The notes: generated by a model from the letters alone, not told the origin. 64,000 nucleotides of DNA from Octopus sinensis (GCF_006345805.1 NC_043015.1:50530001-50594000); one strand, 5' to 3'. Shown: positions 1 to 12,437, counted from the first letter of the stretch. Translations and numbers: made by a program.

Positions 1-10
1 AAGAAGGAGG

Positions 11-45
11 GTTTAACGTTTCGAGCGGAGCTCTTCGTCGGAAAC
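11..45 (-). ncRNA. Minimal type-I hammerhead ribozyme motif (U4C core variant) in a Penelope-like repeat end
   Basis: Reverse complement reads GUUU-CCGACGA-A-GAGC(UCC)GCUC-GAAA-CGU-U-AAAC. Stem I is GUUU/AAAC, stem II is GAGC/GCUC, and stem III is the palindrome AACGUU. Confidence 0.65.
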
Positions 46-83
46 ATAGGAGAAGGAAAGATCCCGAGAAGGGAAGACAGAGG

Positions 84-116
<33 letters not shown>

Positions 117-204
117 TATATATATAATATATATATATATATATTATACATATACACACCCTATTTTACATTTGATGGATATTTGTCCTCATCTTGTTGT
201 TGTT

Positions 205-247
205 AACACGTTTCAGCTGATGTACCCTCCAGCCTTCATCAGGTGTC
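205..247 (-). ncRNA. Decayed type-I hammerhead motif (cleavage triplet deleted)
   Basis: Reverse complement: GACAC-CUGAUGA-A-GGCUG..CAGCU-GAAAC-[3 nt missing]-GUGUU. Confidence 0.55.
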
Positions 248-302
248 TTGGGAAAATTTCAAACCTGGATTCTCATTTGTAAGATAGTTTTTGATGTTAT
301 TA

Positions 303-361
<59 letters not shown>

Positions 362-553
362 TTATTCTGGTCACTACCTGGAATTAAATTCGCTCTTAAT
401 CACTATGCCACGGCATATGGCATAGAGGTCAAGTGCACAAGCTACTTACTGCAAGATTCCAAGTTCGATTCCAGGCAGTGACCTGAATAATAATAATAAT
501 AATAACATCAAAAAATACCTTAGGAATGAGAACCCAGGTTCGAAATTTTCCCA

Positions 554-599
554 AGTTCCTGATGAAGGCTGGAGGGTATATCAGCCGAAACATTGTGTT
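554..599 (+). ncRNA. Decayed type-I hammerhead motif
   Basis: CUGAUGA (559-565)-A-GGCUG/CAGCC-GAAAC-AUU-GUGUU. Stem I 5' strand and the stem III CpG are mutated relative to the sister copies. Confidence 0.6.
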
Positions 600-1484
600 A
601 ACAACAAACAAGATGAGGACAAATATCCGTCAAATGTAAATAATGTAAATAATGTAAATAATGTACATAATTCCTCATCTCTTAAATATAGAACTGTACA
701 TATAGCCTGTTCATCAGACAGTTTAGCTATATATATAGCTAGAATCTCTACAATTTCTTCATTAAAATTTTGGTAAAATCTTTGCAGTCTAATTGAAGGA
801 ACTCATCCCAGAAGTGACTCACAAAAACACTAGCTGTATTTCAATGCTATTGAGCTTTGTCAATGATGTATATTCACAGTATTTGCTTAGAACGAAAATG
901 TTTAATTAGATAAACTAATTAATTAATTCACTGTTTCCCATAACTAGTTACACTAGGTAGCTCTTCATTTCCAATTAGATAAACTGTATAATTAATTATG
1001 TAACTAACTAGCAGTACTATTAATAATTAGTTTAGCCCTTTAGCATTCTGATTACTCTGTCAAATATAATGCTTAATTATTCTCCACATTGTTTTGAATC
1101 AATCATGTATGATCTCTTAGCTTCAAGATTTTGATGATCTGATTGCTTATTTTTAAGCTGACATTGTAGGGTAGGTATAAAAGGTCAGATCTAGCCTGTT
1201 TGACCATAAAACAAGTAAGATATTTTGGCTGGATATGACTAGATTAACTGCTAATTGGTTAACTAGCTATTTGTATCCCTCTTAATTAACTGAACCAACT
1301 AGCTGCATTTCTTGTTTTCAGTTCGTTAAACTAATTAACTAATTAGCTGTGTCCCTCATAACTGGACTTACTAGCTTCACTCATCATACCCAGTTAGCTG
1401 AAGTAGCTAACTAACTGTAACCTTGATTAATACTTAGATTAATATGTATCTAGACTCACTTCTTATAATTAGTTATCAAAATCT

Positions 1485-2131
1485 TCGCATCACTTACCAA
1501 GTTCTTTGTGCGCCGCTCTCTGGCTATCTATCTGAGGCTTTATATAGCTAAGGTGCGGCCTCACCTGGAATTTGCATCACCGGTCTGGAACCCCAATCTT
1601 GACCAGGATATTAATCGTCTGGAAACCGTTCAGTGACGTGCAACCAAGTGAATACCCTCCATCAGGCATTTGCCATATTCTGAACGCCTTACTTCCCTGG
1701 GCATGGACACATTGAAACTCCGACGTCTGGCAGCTAACTTGGCAGACACCCATAAAATTATCAACCATCTTACTAACAATAACTCTGAGCACCTTTTCAA
1801 ACTCCACCTGTCTAACACCTGTGGACATATTTACAAAGTCAGAAAACAGCACAGCTTCCATGACTTTCGAAAACATTTTTTCATGCTAAGAGTTGCTGAA
1901 ACATGGAACAAACTGCCGGCATCAGTTGTTAGTAGTCGGAGCACTGCATCCTTCAAAACTTCCATGCTTACTGAGATTCGCCAACACTACACCTGATTTT
2001 CTTCCCTCCATACACACATGCAAGCATGTATCTGACTCATACACTGTTCACTTCCCAGACATTTGTACATTACTGCATATGCTTTATATGCACTTTTGAC
2101 AAGTTATGGTGCACCTGAGCACTGTATACTA
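1485..2131 (+). mobile_element. 5'-truncated CR1/L2-group LINE, RT C-terminus plus 3' UTR
   Basis: Translation ...LYIAKVRPHLEFASPVWNP...RLETVQ*RATK*IPSIRHLPYSERLTSLGMDTLKLRRL...FFMLRVAETWNKLP..., typical of the post-RT region of CR1-like LINEs. In-frame stops. Second copy at 28315-28916. Confidence 0.9.
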
Positions 2132-2149
2132 TAATTTCATTATTATAAT

Positions 2150-2352
2150 TATTTGTCTGCAGACAAGATATCTCAAGAACTGCTGGATGGATTTGGATGA
2201 AATTTTCAGGAATGTTTGGTGTCATAACTAGCATGAATTGATTAGAGAGCAGTCAAGTTTATTTCAGATATTCTCATTTTAAAAATCATGTCTGGCTAAT
2301 CATTGAGAGGATGTTGGTTTTGCCTTGGCAGAGATTAGTGCTCTCTGAGTGC

Positions 2353-2355
<3 letters not shown>
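2150..2355 (-). mobile_element. Partial Helentron/DINE-like element (family G)
   Basis: Reverse complement matches the ends of 8683-9040 (agcactcagagagc...ccaaggc and gagatatcttgtc). Confidence 0.5.
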
Positions 2356-2388
<33 letters not shown>

Positions 2389-2391
2389 AGG

Positions 2392-2582
2392 TGATAGGGT
2401 GACAGAATGCCAAACATGCTGGGCAAAATGTTTATTGGCATTTCATCTGTCTTTACATTCTGAGTTCAAATCTCGCCGAGCTTGACTTTGCCTTTCATCA
2501 TTTCAGGGTCGTTAAAATAAGTACCAATTAGACATTGGGGTTAATGTAATCAACTAGTCCCCTCCCTTCAAATTTCAGGCCT
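2392..2582 (+). mobile_element. tRNA-derived SINE family C, decayed
   Basis: ttctgagttcaaat...gactttgcctttcatc...aagtacca core, shared with more than 10 other copies in the window. Confidence 0.75.
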
Positions 2583-3454
2583 TATGACTTATTATTTAAA
2601 ATACATAACACGTAACTAAAAATAACTAGCTATTTAACTACACTCTACATAACTAGTCGTCTAATTACACTCCACAATAATAAGACTAACGAGTCATCCA
2701 ACTGTACACTTCATAATTAGTTATTTAACTACACTCCACAGAGCTAAGCTATGACTGTGTCTGCCCACCTCATAACCACATAGACAAACCCATCCACATT
2801 TTCCACTAACCGTTACAAAAACAAAAAAAAAGAGTAAAGTAAATTAATATATTTTAGTTAAATTAGAGTGGAAGAGACCTCTTTCTAACTATAAATATTA
2901 ATTAGATGGTGTTGATAACTAAATCTGTCCCTCCCTCTCTCTCTCTTTCTCTCCTTTCAACATCCCAACAATTTTCAAGAATGATGACATTACGTGTGAA
3001 CAACTAGAGAAGAATTAATAAAAAAAAAAAAAAAGAAAAGTGTAAGTCTCTACTAAACCATGTAATTAAATGTCAGGGTGGGGTAGTAGAGGGTGAGGGT
3101 GGGGTATAAAATATCATTAAAGAAATCATTGATGGTTGTATTTAAAAAAAATTTTTTTTTTTTAGTTATTGATGGGTTTTTTTATTTATTTATCTATTTA
3201 CACCGTTATTAGAGTTTTGTTGGAAGTATCTGGAAGAATGCTCATAAATTAAGATCAAGAGAAAGGCACTTTTTTTTTGTTGCTTTTCAAAGCGTTACTG
3301 TGTGTGTATGTATGTGTGTATGTGCATATGTATATGTGTGTATGTATGTATGTAAATATGTGCATGCATGCGTTTGTGTGTGTGTGTGTATGTGTGTGTG
3401 TATGTGCAAAAAGCTTGCACATATTCTTGTATTCTTTTATTTGTGACAATCATT

Positions 3455-3637
3455 TGACTGTGACCAAGCTGGAGCACCGCCTTTAGTCGAACGGATCAAA
3501 CCCAGGGCTTATTCTTTGTAAGCCGAGTATTTATTTTATCGGTCTCATTTGCCGAACCGCTAAGTTACCGGGATGTAAAAACACCAGCATCGGTTGCCAA
3601 GTGATGGTGTGGTGACAAACATAGACACACAAACATT
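3455..3637 (-). mobile_element. SINE family A, 3' fragment
   Basis: gctggagcaccgcctttagtcga...ccgctaagttac...gacaaacatagacacacaaac. Confidence 0.8.
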
Positions 3638-4030
3638 TAGGTTTCAGATCTATGAGTAATAAGGACCAGAGTATACAAAGCCTATTTAGGTAGGGACGTT
3701 TGTGGTACAGTGTAATATCTTTACACAAACTTTTGCAGGTACAAAGTATTACCATTGTATTTCTTGAAATTTTCAGTTAAAATCAATAGTTTAATTCTTG
3801 TCCAACATCTTAACCAAAGTAAATAGATGACTCATCTATGTATTTTAATCTTAACGTGGGGCCCATCAACCATGGAGGTTTAGTAATGGCCATACAATGT
3901 ACACATGTGGGTACGACAAACTAGTTCTGCTGATCTTTGTGAATGAAGCTGGATACTCTGTTATGAGATAAGACTGTCCTTATCTCAAGATAAGAGCATC
4001 TTAATTTTTTCCCCTTTTCCTTCTACGAGC

Positions 4031-4268
4031 TATTTTGACATGCTGTTTATTTTGACATGCTGTTTATTTTGACATGCTGCTTATTTTGACATGCTGTTTA
4101 TTTTGACATGTTCTTTATTTTGACAAGCTGTTTATCTTGGCATGTTCTTTATTTTGACAAGCTGTTTATTTTGACACGTTCTTTATTTTGACATTCTGTT
4201 TATCTTGACATGTTCTTTATTTTGACATGCTGTTTATTTTGACATGTTCTTTATTTTGACATACTTTT
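4031..4268. repeat. 17-bp minisatellite, 14 units
   Basis: Unit TATTTTGACATG(CTG/TTC)TT; counted 14 x 17 bp. Confidence 0.95.
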
Positions 4269-4344
4269 TATCAGTTATGGGGGATATATTTCCGTCCTAC
4301 CTTTCTACCACTGACATTCACAATGGCTATGAGGATAAGAATTA

Positions 4345-4570
4345 ATAATCCTTTCTTCTATAGGCGCAAGGCCTGAAATTTTGGGGAAAGAGGCTTGTCA
4401 ATTACATTGACCCCAGTATGTAACCAGTACTTATTTCATCGACCCTGAAAGGAGTAAAGGCAAAGTTGACTTCAGCGGAATTTGAACTCAGAATGTAACA
4501 ATGGACGAAATTCCAGCCACTAAGCATTTTTCCCGGTGTGCTAATGATTTTGCCAGCCCACTGCCTTAAC
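4345..4570 (-). mobile_element. SINE family C
   Basis: cacaaggcctgaaatt...tcgaccctgaaagg...ggaatttgaactcagaa...taagcatt. Confidence 0.8.
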
Positions 4571-5281
4571 GAGGATTAATAACGACATATATCTTCTCTT
4601 AAGGGGGTGATTTGGCAGAATCATTACAGGATCAGATAAAATACCTTACAGTATTTGTTTCAGATCTTTGCATCTTGAGTTCAAATATCACTAAAGTAAA
4701 CTCAAGTTTTTCATGTTCTTATCCTTCTGGGGCTAATAGAATAAAGAATCAGTCTAGGAGACAGATCAGCAGAACTGCTGGAGTGTTTGGCTAAAAATTC
4801 TTTGTTCAAATTTGGTTGCTAATGTTCCGAGCACTGAGGCAGGTGGTGTGGAGAACTTGTTTGCATGTAAATGACAAGAAGGCGTTGCGTAAGAAATAAC
4901 CAAAAGAAGACAAAGGGAAAATATTTTTTTTGCATTCTACTCTGTCATGTCTAAGACAACAATATTTGTGGTGAAGGTCACCAGAAGACATTCGTTGATC
5001 TGCTGACACAAGGCAGGAAAAATATCGTTAATAAAGATTTGGTTTTTATTTCTAGCAGGTTCATCAATCATGTAGGGACTCTGAGAGTGTGTATGTGTCA
5101 CAGAAGTAAAAATGCATATGAGAAAGATTGTGCACCCTGTTGTGTGTGTGAGTGTGTGATAGAGAGGGTGGGAGGGAGGGAGGGAGGGAAGGAGAAAGTG
5201 AGAGAAAGAAAATTAGAGAGAAAGAGAGGAGAAAAGAATAAGACAGACAAGGTGTATGTTTAAGGTGTATTTGTGTATGAT

Positions 5282-5317
<36 letters not shown>

Positions 5318-5479
5318 AGGGGACAGAAAGAGATGTGAGAAAGGGGAAGAGAAACAGAGAATGAGAGAGAAAGAGGGAGAAAGAGAAAGACAGACAATGT
5401 ATGTGTATGAGATGAGTATTTGTGTGTAAAAGGAAGTGTGTGCATTATGATTGCATGTATGAATACATGTGTGTACATG

Positions 5480-5487
5480 TGTGTGAG

Positions 5488-5518
<31 letters not shown>

Positions 5519-5880
5519 CAGTGAGAGAGACAGAAAGAGAGACAGAGAGAGACAGTGAGAGAGACAGAGAGAGAGAGACAGAGAGAGACAGTGAGAGAGA
5601 CAGTGAGAGAGAGAGACAGAGAGAGACAGAGAGAGACAGTGAGAGAGACAGAGCGAGAGACAGAGAGAGACAGTGAGAGAGACAGAGAGAGACAGTGAGA
5701 GAGACAGTGAGAGAGACAGTGAAAGAGACAGAGAGAGACAGTGAAAGAGACAGAGAGAGACAGTGAGAGAGACAGAGAGAGAGAGACGGAGAGAGAGAAG
5801 GACAGTGAGAGAGACAGAGAGAAACAGTGAAAAAGACAGAGAGAGACAGAGAGATAGTGAGAGAGACAGAGAGTCAGACA
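5480..5880. repeat. Complex (GA/GACA/GACAGT)n purine-rich satellite
   Basis: Repeating gagagacaga and gagagacagt units. Confidence 0.9.
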
Positions 5881-6294
5881 GACAATGTGTATCTATGAGA
5901 TAAATGATTCTGTATGTATGTGTGTGTGTGTTCAGAGAGAGAGAGAGAAGACAAATAGAGAGCAAGAGAGACAGAAAGAGAGAGAGAGAGAGAGCATAAA
6001 TCTGAGATGTAGAGTGTGAAGTGAGTGTCTGAATACCAGTTGTTTTAGACAGGAAAAGAGAAGAGGAAAGAGAATCTAAGAGTGTTTGTAAGTTTATGTC
6101 ATAAGCATTTATTTACTTATACAAATGTATGAATTATGGATGTACAATATATACACAAGTGTGTGTGTATGTGTATATGAGATCTACATACATGCTAAGT
6201 ACATAACATATACGAATGTACAACATACATGTATATGTAAATGTGATATGTATATATATATGTGATATGCATACATAATACTATATATATATTG

Positions 6295-6681
6295 TGGAGG
6301 CGCAATGGCTCAGTGGTTAGGGCAGCGGACTCGCGGTCATAGGATCGCGGTTTCGATTCCCAGACCGGACGTTGTGAGTGTTTATTGAGCGAAAACACCT
6401 AAAGCTCCACGAGGCTCCGGCAGGGGATGGTGGTGATCCCTGCTGTACTCTTTCACCACAACTTTCTCTCACTCTTACTTCCTGTTTCTGTTGTACCTGT
6501 ATTTCAAAGGGCCGGCCTTGTCACTCTCTGTGTCACGCTGAATATCCCCGAGAACTACGTTAAGGGTACACGTGTCTGTGGAGTGCTCAGCCACTTACAC
6601 GTTAATTTCATGAGCAGGCTGTTCCGTTGATTCGGATCAATCAGAACCCTCATCGTCATAACTGACGGAGTGCTTCCAGTC
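6295..6681 (+). mobile_element. Near-full-length tRNA-derived SINE (family F)
   Basis: A box tggctcagtgg (about 6306) and B box gtttcgattcc (about 6350), followed by a non-tRNA body. An internally deleted second copy follows at 6695-6781. Confidence 0.8.
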
Positions 6682-6780
6682 CCATATATATATTTGGAGG
6701 CGCAATGGCCCACTGGTTATGATTCCGACACCAGGCGTTATGTGCGTTTATTGAGTGAAAACACGTAAAGCTCCACGAGG

Positions 6781-7204
6781 CTGTGTGGTAAGAAGCTTGC
6801 TTGCCAGCCACATGGTTCTTGATTCAGTCTCACTGTGTATTACATTGGACAAATGTCTTCTGCTAGGGCTGACCAAAGCTTTGTGAGTGGATTTGGTAGA
6901 TGGAAACTTAAAGAAGCCTGTCATATATATATATATGCATATATTTGTGTGTGTGTATGTGTGTGTTTGTGAGTGTGTGTGTGTGTGTGTTTCTTCCCCA
7001 CCTTCACTTGACAACTGATGTTGGTGTTTGGTGTGTTTACATCCCTGTAAATTAGCAGTTCAGCAAAAGCGACTGATAGAATAAGTACCAAACTTTAAAC
7101 CAATAAGTTAGGGGACTGATTCACACAACAAAATATTTTTGAAAGCAGTACCCCCACCCCCAACATGGCTGCAGTCCAATGACTGAAACAAGTAAAAGAT
7201 ATAA
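6781..7204 (+). mobile_element. SINE family A (tRNA head, CORE-like segment, internal microsatellite, (GTAAAA)n-like tail)
   Basis: ggctgtgtggtaag...gccttgtgagtggatttggtag...gactgaaacaagtaaaag. Resembles the Octopus OR-type CORE-SINEs (recognition only). Confidence 0.85.
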
Positions 7205-7205
7205 G

Positions 7206-7240
<35 letters not shown>

Positions 7241-8121
7241 CGTATGTACGCATGTATGTATGCATGTATGTATGTATGTATGTGTATGTATGAATGTATA
7301 TATGTATGTATGTATGTTTGTGTGTATATATATATATGTGTATGTATGTATTCATATATAAATATTGTTGCTATTATTTTTAAATGTCGTATGTCCAAAT
7401 GCTTTTTTTGGTCAAATGCTTTTTTTTTTTCAATATTTATTTTTGTTTGCAATAACCGGTTCTTTTGGTCAAACTCTCATATCTTCAGCTGCTTCCGATG
7501 CCAAGATATGAAAATTGCCAAAGTGTAGTACAACGGTTTAGTATTTTTCAAAGGTGTAGGAAGTTTCACATACGACAGATATGTAAAAAATATTTCTAGC
7601 TGAAAATATCATACAAGCATGGAGTTAAGATTTTATTCATCCAACAAAGTACTATTGTTAAGCTGAAGCTGTTACTAATGTAAAAAGAAATGGAATGGTG
7701 AAACTACTTTTCCATCTTGTGAAAAAGCAATATTTTGGATTTATGACAGTTTTGCATAATGGCAATGATATGTAAATGTCGAATGGTGAATATGAGTGCT
7801 CAAAACTACATTGGTGGTTAGAATTTCTTTATTTGTGAATTAAGGCTACATCTTAACATGAAACTAATTCACAAATATATATATATACATATATTTAGTG
7901 AAGGGAAGAAATGGAGCCGAACGAAGATTCTACAAAATTCCTTTTTATTATTTTCTACACATGTATAAATATATAAAACTTCAATTATCCGCGCTAAAGC
8001 ACGGGGGCGAAACCCCATGGTCGTAACCTCAACCGTGTCTTTTCTGGTGTGATTTTTGCTACACAGGTATCGGTTAAATTTTGAATAATCCGTAACAAGA
8101 TAATTCATTTATCCATTTCAT

Positions 8122-8157
<36 letters not shown>

Positions 8158-8289
8158 ACTTATAAGTTGTTTATAATTTTAACCGTAAAGGTATTTTAAT
8201 ATGCTGCCACATTTCTTGATGGAATTTTTTTCTGTAGAGAAAAAAACTTCATCCTATATTAGTAGTATATATATATATATTTGTGATAC

Positions 8290-8564
8290 CTGTGCCGGTG
8301 GCACGTAAAAGTAGTGATATCCATGCCAGTGGCACGTAAAAAGCACCATCCGAATGTGACCAATGCCAGTGCTGCCTTGACTGGTGTCTGTGTCAGTGGC
8401 ACGTAAAAAGCACCCACTAAACTCACGGAGTGGTTGGTGTTAGGAAGGGCATCCAGCTGTAGAAACACTGCTAGATCAGACTGGAACCTGGGGCAGCCTC
8501 CTGGCTTCCCAGACCCCAGTTGAACTGTCCAACCCATGCTAGCATGGAAAACGGATGTTAAATT

Positions 8565-8596
<32 letters not shown>
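8290..8596 (+). mobile_element. Short retroposon family B with (ATG)n tail and tandem gtgccagtggcac modules
   Basis: ggagtggttgg..ttaggaagggcatccagc...acccatgctagcatggaaa...gatgatgatg; about 14 copies in the window. Confidence 0.85.
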
Positions 8597-8682
8597 ATAT
8601 ATATATATATATATACTCTTACAAATATCTGAGTTAATGAAATGTGTATAATGCAAGAAGCATATAGGTATATCTGTTAGAA

Positions 8683-9040
8683 ACAAGAGCACTCAGAGAG
8701 CGCAAACCTCCACCAAGGCAACACCAATTTCCTCTCAACGATTGGTCAGAGATGATTTTTAAAATGAGAATATCTGAAATAAACTCAATTGCTCTCACAA
8801 AGGAGAATACTAAAAATGAACCCGGCCACTAAGTGGAAAAAAACAGAAAAATAATCCAGAATCCTTGTCCGGTATCAGATTGATCCTAAAATCTAATCAG
8901 TTCATGTCAGTCACGATGCCAAGCATCCCTGAAAGTTTCATCCAAATCCATCCAGCGGTTCTTGAGATATCTTGTCCACAGACACACAAACAAACATGAC
9001 AGAAAACAATACCTCTGCCTTTGCTAAGCCAGAGGTAATA
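8683..9040 (+). mobile_element. Helentron-associated / DINE-like non-autonomous element (family G)
   Basis: 5' aacaagagcactcagagagcgcaaacctcc; 3' hairpin acctctg-cctttgctaagc-cagaggt followed by aat; no ORF. Copies at 59578-59950, 13497-13597 and 2150-2355. Confidence 0.55.
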
Positions 9041-9117
9041 AAAGAAAATGTGTGTATATGTGTGTGTGTGTGTGAATTTATGTGTTTCTGTGTATGTATG
9101 TGTGTGTCAGAAAGAGG

Positions 9118-9158
<41 letters not shown>

Positions 9159-9762
9159 AGAGAAAGAGAAATAGGAGAGAATGTGTGTGTGTGTATATTT
9201 ATGAAAGCCAAGAGAACAGGAGTCAAAGAAAATGGTAAAATCTGAGACAGTGCAAGTGTAAAGGAAATCATATATCTCCTATAGTTGTCATGGTTTCTTA
9301 ATACTTGCAAAAAGTCTAGCAATCTACCCAGACTCCAACCATGTGATGGTCGCGACACCCTCAACATAAATAAACAATATATATAAACAGTTATTTTCCT
9401 CTCAAAAGTACATTCCAGAATGGTATGCTGATGCCACAGATACTTTTGATTCTAAAGACAGGAATGCTGACTTTTGGCTACTGCAGGAAGTTTACATGTT
9501 AATAGGGGGTGGAGATGGGTAGATGAAGGTACCAGATAAATTCTTCAGGAAAAGAAAGAGAGTAAGGCTCTACAGATGGAAACTTGTTACTTGTTACAAA
9601 CACAAGAACTAGAGAAAGAAGGAACTAGAATTATGCAATTAGTTGTATAGGAATGGTTCGTGAAAGACTGAAGAATTACAGCATTTGGTACTGTTAAGAT
9701 ATCGGTAACTGTCAAAATGCTAAAGTTACAACTTTAGGGATCCTATCAAAATACCGATCATC

Positions 9763-9879
9763 GTTACTACCACCACCACCACCACCATCACCACCACTGC
9801 CATCACAACCACCACCGCCATCATCATCATCATCACAGCCACCATCCTCACCATCACAACCACCACCACCAAAACAACT

Positions 9880-9910
<31 letters not shown>

Positions 9911-10075
9911 CAGCCACCATCCTCACCATCACAACCACCACCACCATCACCACAACCACTACCATCATTATCATCACCATCACCATTACTATCATCATCA
10001 TCACTACCTCCACTATTACCACTCCTCTCACCAGCACCACAACCGCCGCCACTGCTGCCACCGTCACTACCACTG
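9763..10075. repeat. Compound (ACC/ATC)n trinucleotide repeat
   Basis: Direct inspection. Confidence 0.9.
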
Positions 10076-10190
10076 TAACTTAACGAGTACCCAAATGTAA
10101 TTATATTTCCCCAATGTGACTACCATCTTGCTACTGATGCTTTTAGACTGACACTCAAGGAATTTAGGATTTAAAAATGAAATAGAGAAG

Positions 10191-10254
<64 letters not shown>

Positions 10255-11776
10255 CTGTTTCAAGTATTCCACATTGCATTATTTTTTTCTTCAGCAAACT
10301 TAATCACAACAGACAAATATAGCAGCCACATAAAAAGGAGGAAAGGTGATAACCAAAGTTTGGGGAGTGGAATCTTCCATCAAAGAATGGAAAGTTCTGC
10401 TTGATATTTTAGTTCCTTTTCTCTGAGCTAAACCAATCTACCACTTTTATTCCCTTTTTTTTTTGTGTTTTTTTTTGTTTTTGTTTTTTATCAAACCAAG
10501 TTTGGTTGTTGTTTTTGTTGATCTTTTAGCAGAAAGCCAGCTCCATTTGAGCAGACATACAATCTACTGAGACTATCCTATCTTTTATTCAAATATGCTT
10601 TCCAACCAAATGGCTTTGGGTTCAGTCCCATGGTGAGCAACTTGGGTAAGCGTCTTTTAGCCCTGGAACAGTGGCAGCTTGTGTATAGGCACTGTGGAAT
10701 TGCAGCACTCAATAACATTCAATATTATCAGTCCTTTTTTCTTTAATTCTTTCTTTATACTTGTACATTATATAATCCTTAAGCTTCATGTCAGTAGCCA
10801 TCCCCTAGTTTATGAAAAAAATACAAAAATCCTTGTATAGAACTGTGTGCTTCACAGTTCCAGTGATGCAGTGTTTGGCTATTGTGCACATGCTCACATG
10901 TCTGAGATAGGAAGCTTCATGCTAGGGAGAGAGAGCACTGTCTTTCACACAGTGCTGATCCTGGTGTGCTGGTGAAAGGTAGTGTTTCTTTTTGAGTCCA
11001 CCTGTGTTGTGCTTAAAAATCAATTTATATTCTTGAATGTGATAAAGTGTAGAATTAGATTATTATCCTGCTTCCAGCTACAGTGTTGCTAACAGGATTT
11101 GAAAAATAGGGCAGATTCCCTTCACCCCCTTAGTTTTTGATTTAGTGAGGATTTTTTAAAAGCAAGGGGGAATTTACGGCAATGTTCAGTGAACAAATTA
11201 AGCACACTATCTGGCAGTGGCTAAAACGCAAACCAATCAAATTTATGTATAATTTTTTTTATATGTTTGTTTCTATTTACACAATATTAAAACAATGACT
11301 AAAAATTTTCTGAAGCAACACCCCCCACTAATTTTATCTACAAACGACCACTACCTTGGACTGAACAAAGCCTTGTAAGTGGAAGAGTAGATTTGGTAGA
11401 CAGAAACTGAAAGAAGCCTTTTTATTAAAACCTCCTACTGTCCGTTCTGAGGATATCCTCCACCACCATCTCCCCCCTCTCTCTCTTTGTGATACTATCT
11501 TTCTCTTTACTTCTCTCTCTCTTTTTCTCTCCTCTCTGTTCCAACTGGGGTAGCTAAGTATCACATCACCAAGAAGACACCTATCTCTATTCCTCTATTA
11601 TAGTTTAACCTCTCATCACCTAACATAAAGTAACCTCCCTCAATACTATTCTTGCTCCTGGACAAAGGGCCTCTGTCTTGCAAGTTACTTGGTGACCTCT
11701 CTGGTGCTGGTGCCACATATAAAGCCTCCCATTACACTCCTTTAAGTATTAGGAAGGGCATCGTCATGTTTAAGTG

Positions 11777-12010
11777 TGGTACTTATTCAATTGATATCTT
11801 TTGCCAAACTGCTAAGTCACAAGGAACATACACAAATCAACACTGGTTGTCCAGCAGTGGAGGGACTAACACAAAGATATGGAAACCGCCACCCCACCTC
11901 CCGTACATACATACAGAGTTTGTCTGTCAAATCCACTCACAAAGCATTGGTCAGCCTAAGACTATAGTAGAAGACACTTGCCCACGGTGCCATGTAGTGA
12001 CTGAACCCAC
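11777..12010 (-). mobile_element. SINE family A, decayed
   Basis: aaatccactcacaaagcattgg...agaagacacttgccc...actgaaccc. Confidence 0.7.
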
Positions 12011-12229
12011 AAGCTTACCATTAAATGAGTAAAATTAAAGATTAATTAGTAATCTCAAAACAGATCCCTACCCTGCCATTTCATATACACTTGTAATTCA
12101 TCCCCTACATTAGGTACCAAAGGGTTCTCCACTCCTGAAAAAGAAGCTCCCTTATGATACCTGTTAAAGCATTTTTACCACTTCTGTCTTGTAATTCTAG
12201 TGATTATGTTCTTCAGACAAATATATTGA

Positions 12230-12437
12230 TCTCAAGTTTTGGCACAAGGCTAACAACTTTGGGGGAGGGGCAAGTCGATTACATCGACCCCAGAGTTCAA
12301 TTGTTACTCATTTTATCGACCCCGACATGATGAAAGACAAAGTTGATCATGGTAGAATTTCAAATCAGAATGTACAGACAGACAAAATGTCACTAAGCAT
12401 TTTGCCCAGCAAATGGTTTTGGCAGCTTGCCGCCCTA
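12230..12437 (-). mobile_element. SINE family C
   Basis: aagtcgattacatcgacccc...aagacaaagttga...ctaagcattttgccc. Confidence 0.8.

Larger units (their letters stand above)
165..698. mobile_element. Head-to-head palindromic pair of a tRNA-headed SINE whose 3' body carries a hammerhead motif (family D)
   Basis: 165-410 is the inverted copy of 418-640. A-box-like tggcatagaggtcaa at 418-432 mirrors 396-410. B box gttcgattcc at 463-472. Internal (AAT)n; (TAATGTAAA)n tail. Confidence 0.75.

Noticed and set aside
1498-1531. Minus-strand apparent exon IDSQRAAHKEL with a gtaagt donor
   Set aside because: It lies antisense within the CR1 ORF (ASLTKFFVRRSLAIYLRLY on +) and has a poor polypyrimidine tract.
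4031-4268. CRISPR-like array
   Set aside because: Contiguous 17-bp units without unique spacers, in a eukaryotic context.
6295-6370. tRNA gene
   Set aside because: It has A/B boxes but no complete cloverleaf and continues into a SINE body, so it is a SINE head.
7985-8035. Possible hammerhead (GAAAC..GUC)
   Set aside because: No credible CUGANGA core or stem I pairing; at most a very decayed PLE end.
9391-9508. Protein-like frame LFSSQKYIPEWYADATDTFDSKDRNADFWLLQ
   Set aside because: Weak splice signals; the length is compatible with chance.
10935-10957. 8-bp hairpin AGCACTGT/ACAGTGCT
   Set aside because: Too short to exceed chance in 64 kb; no other support.
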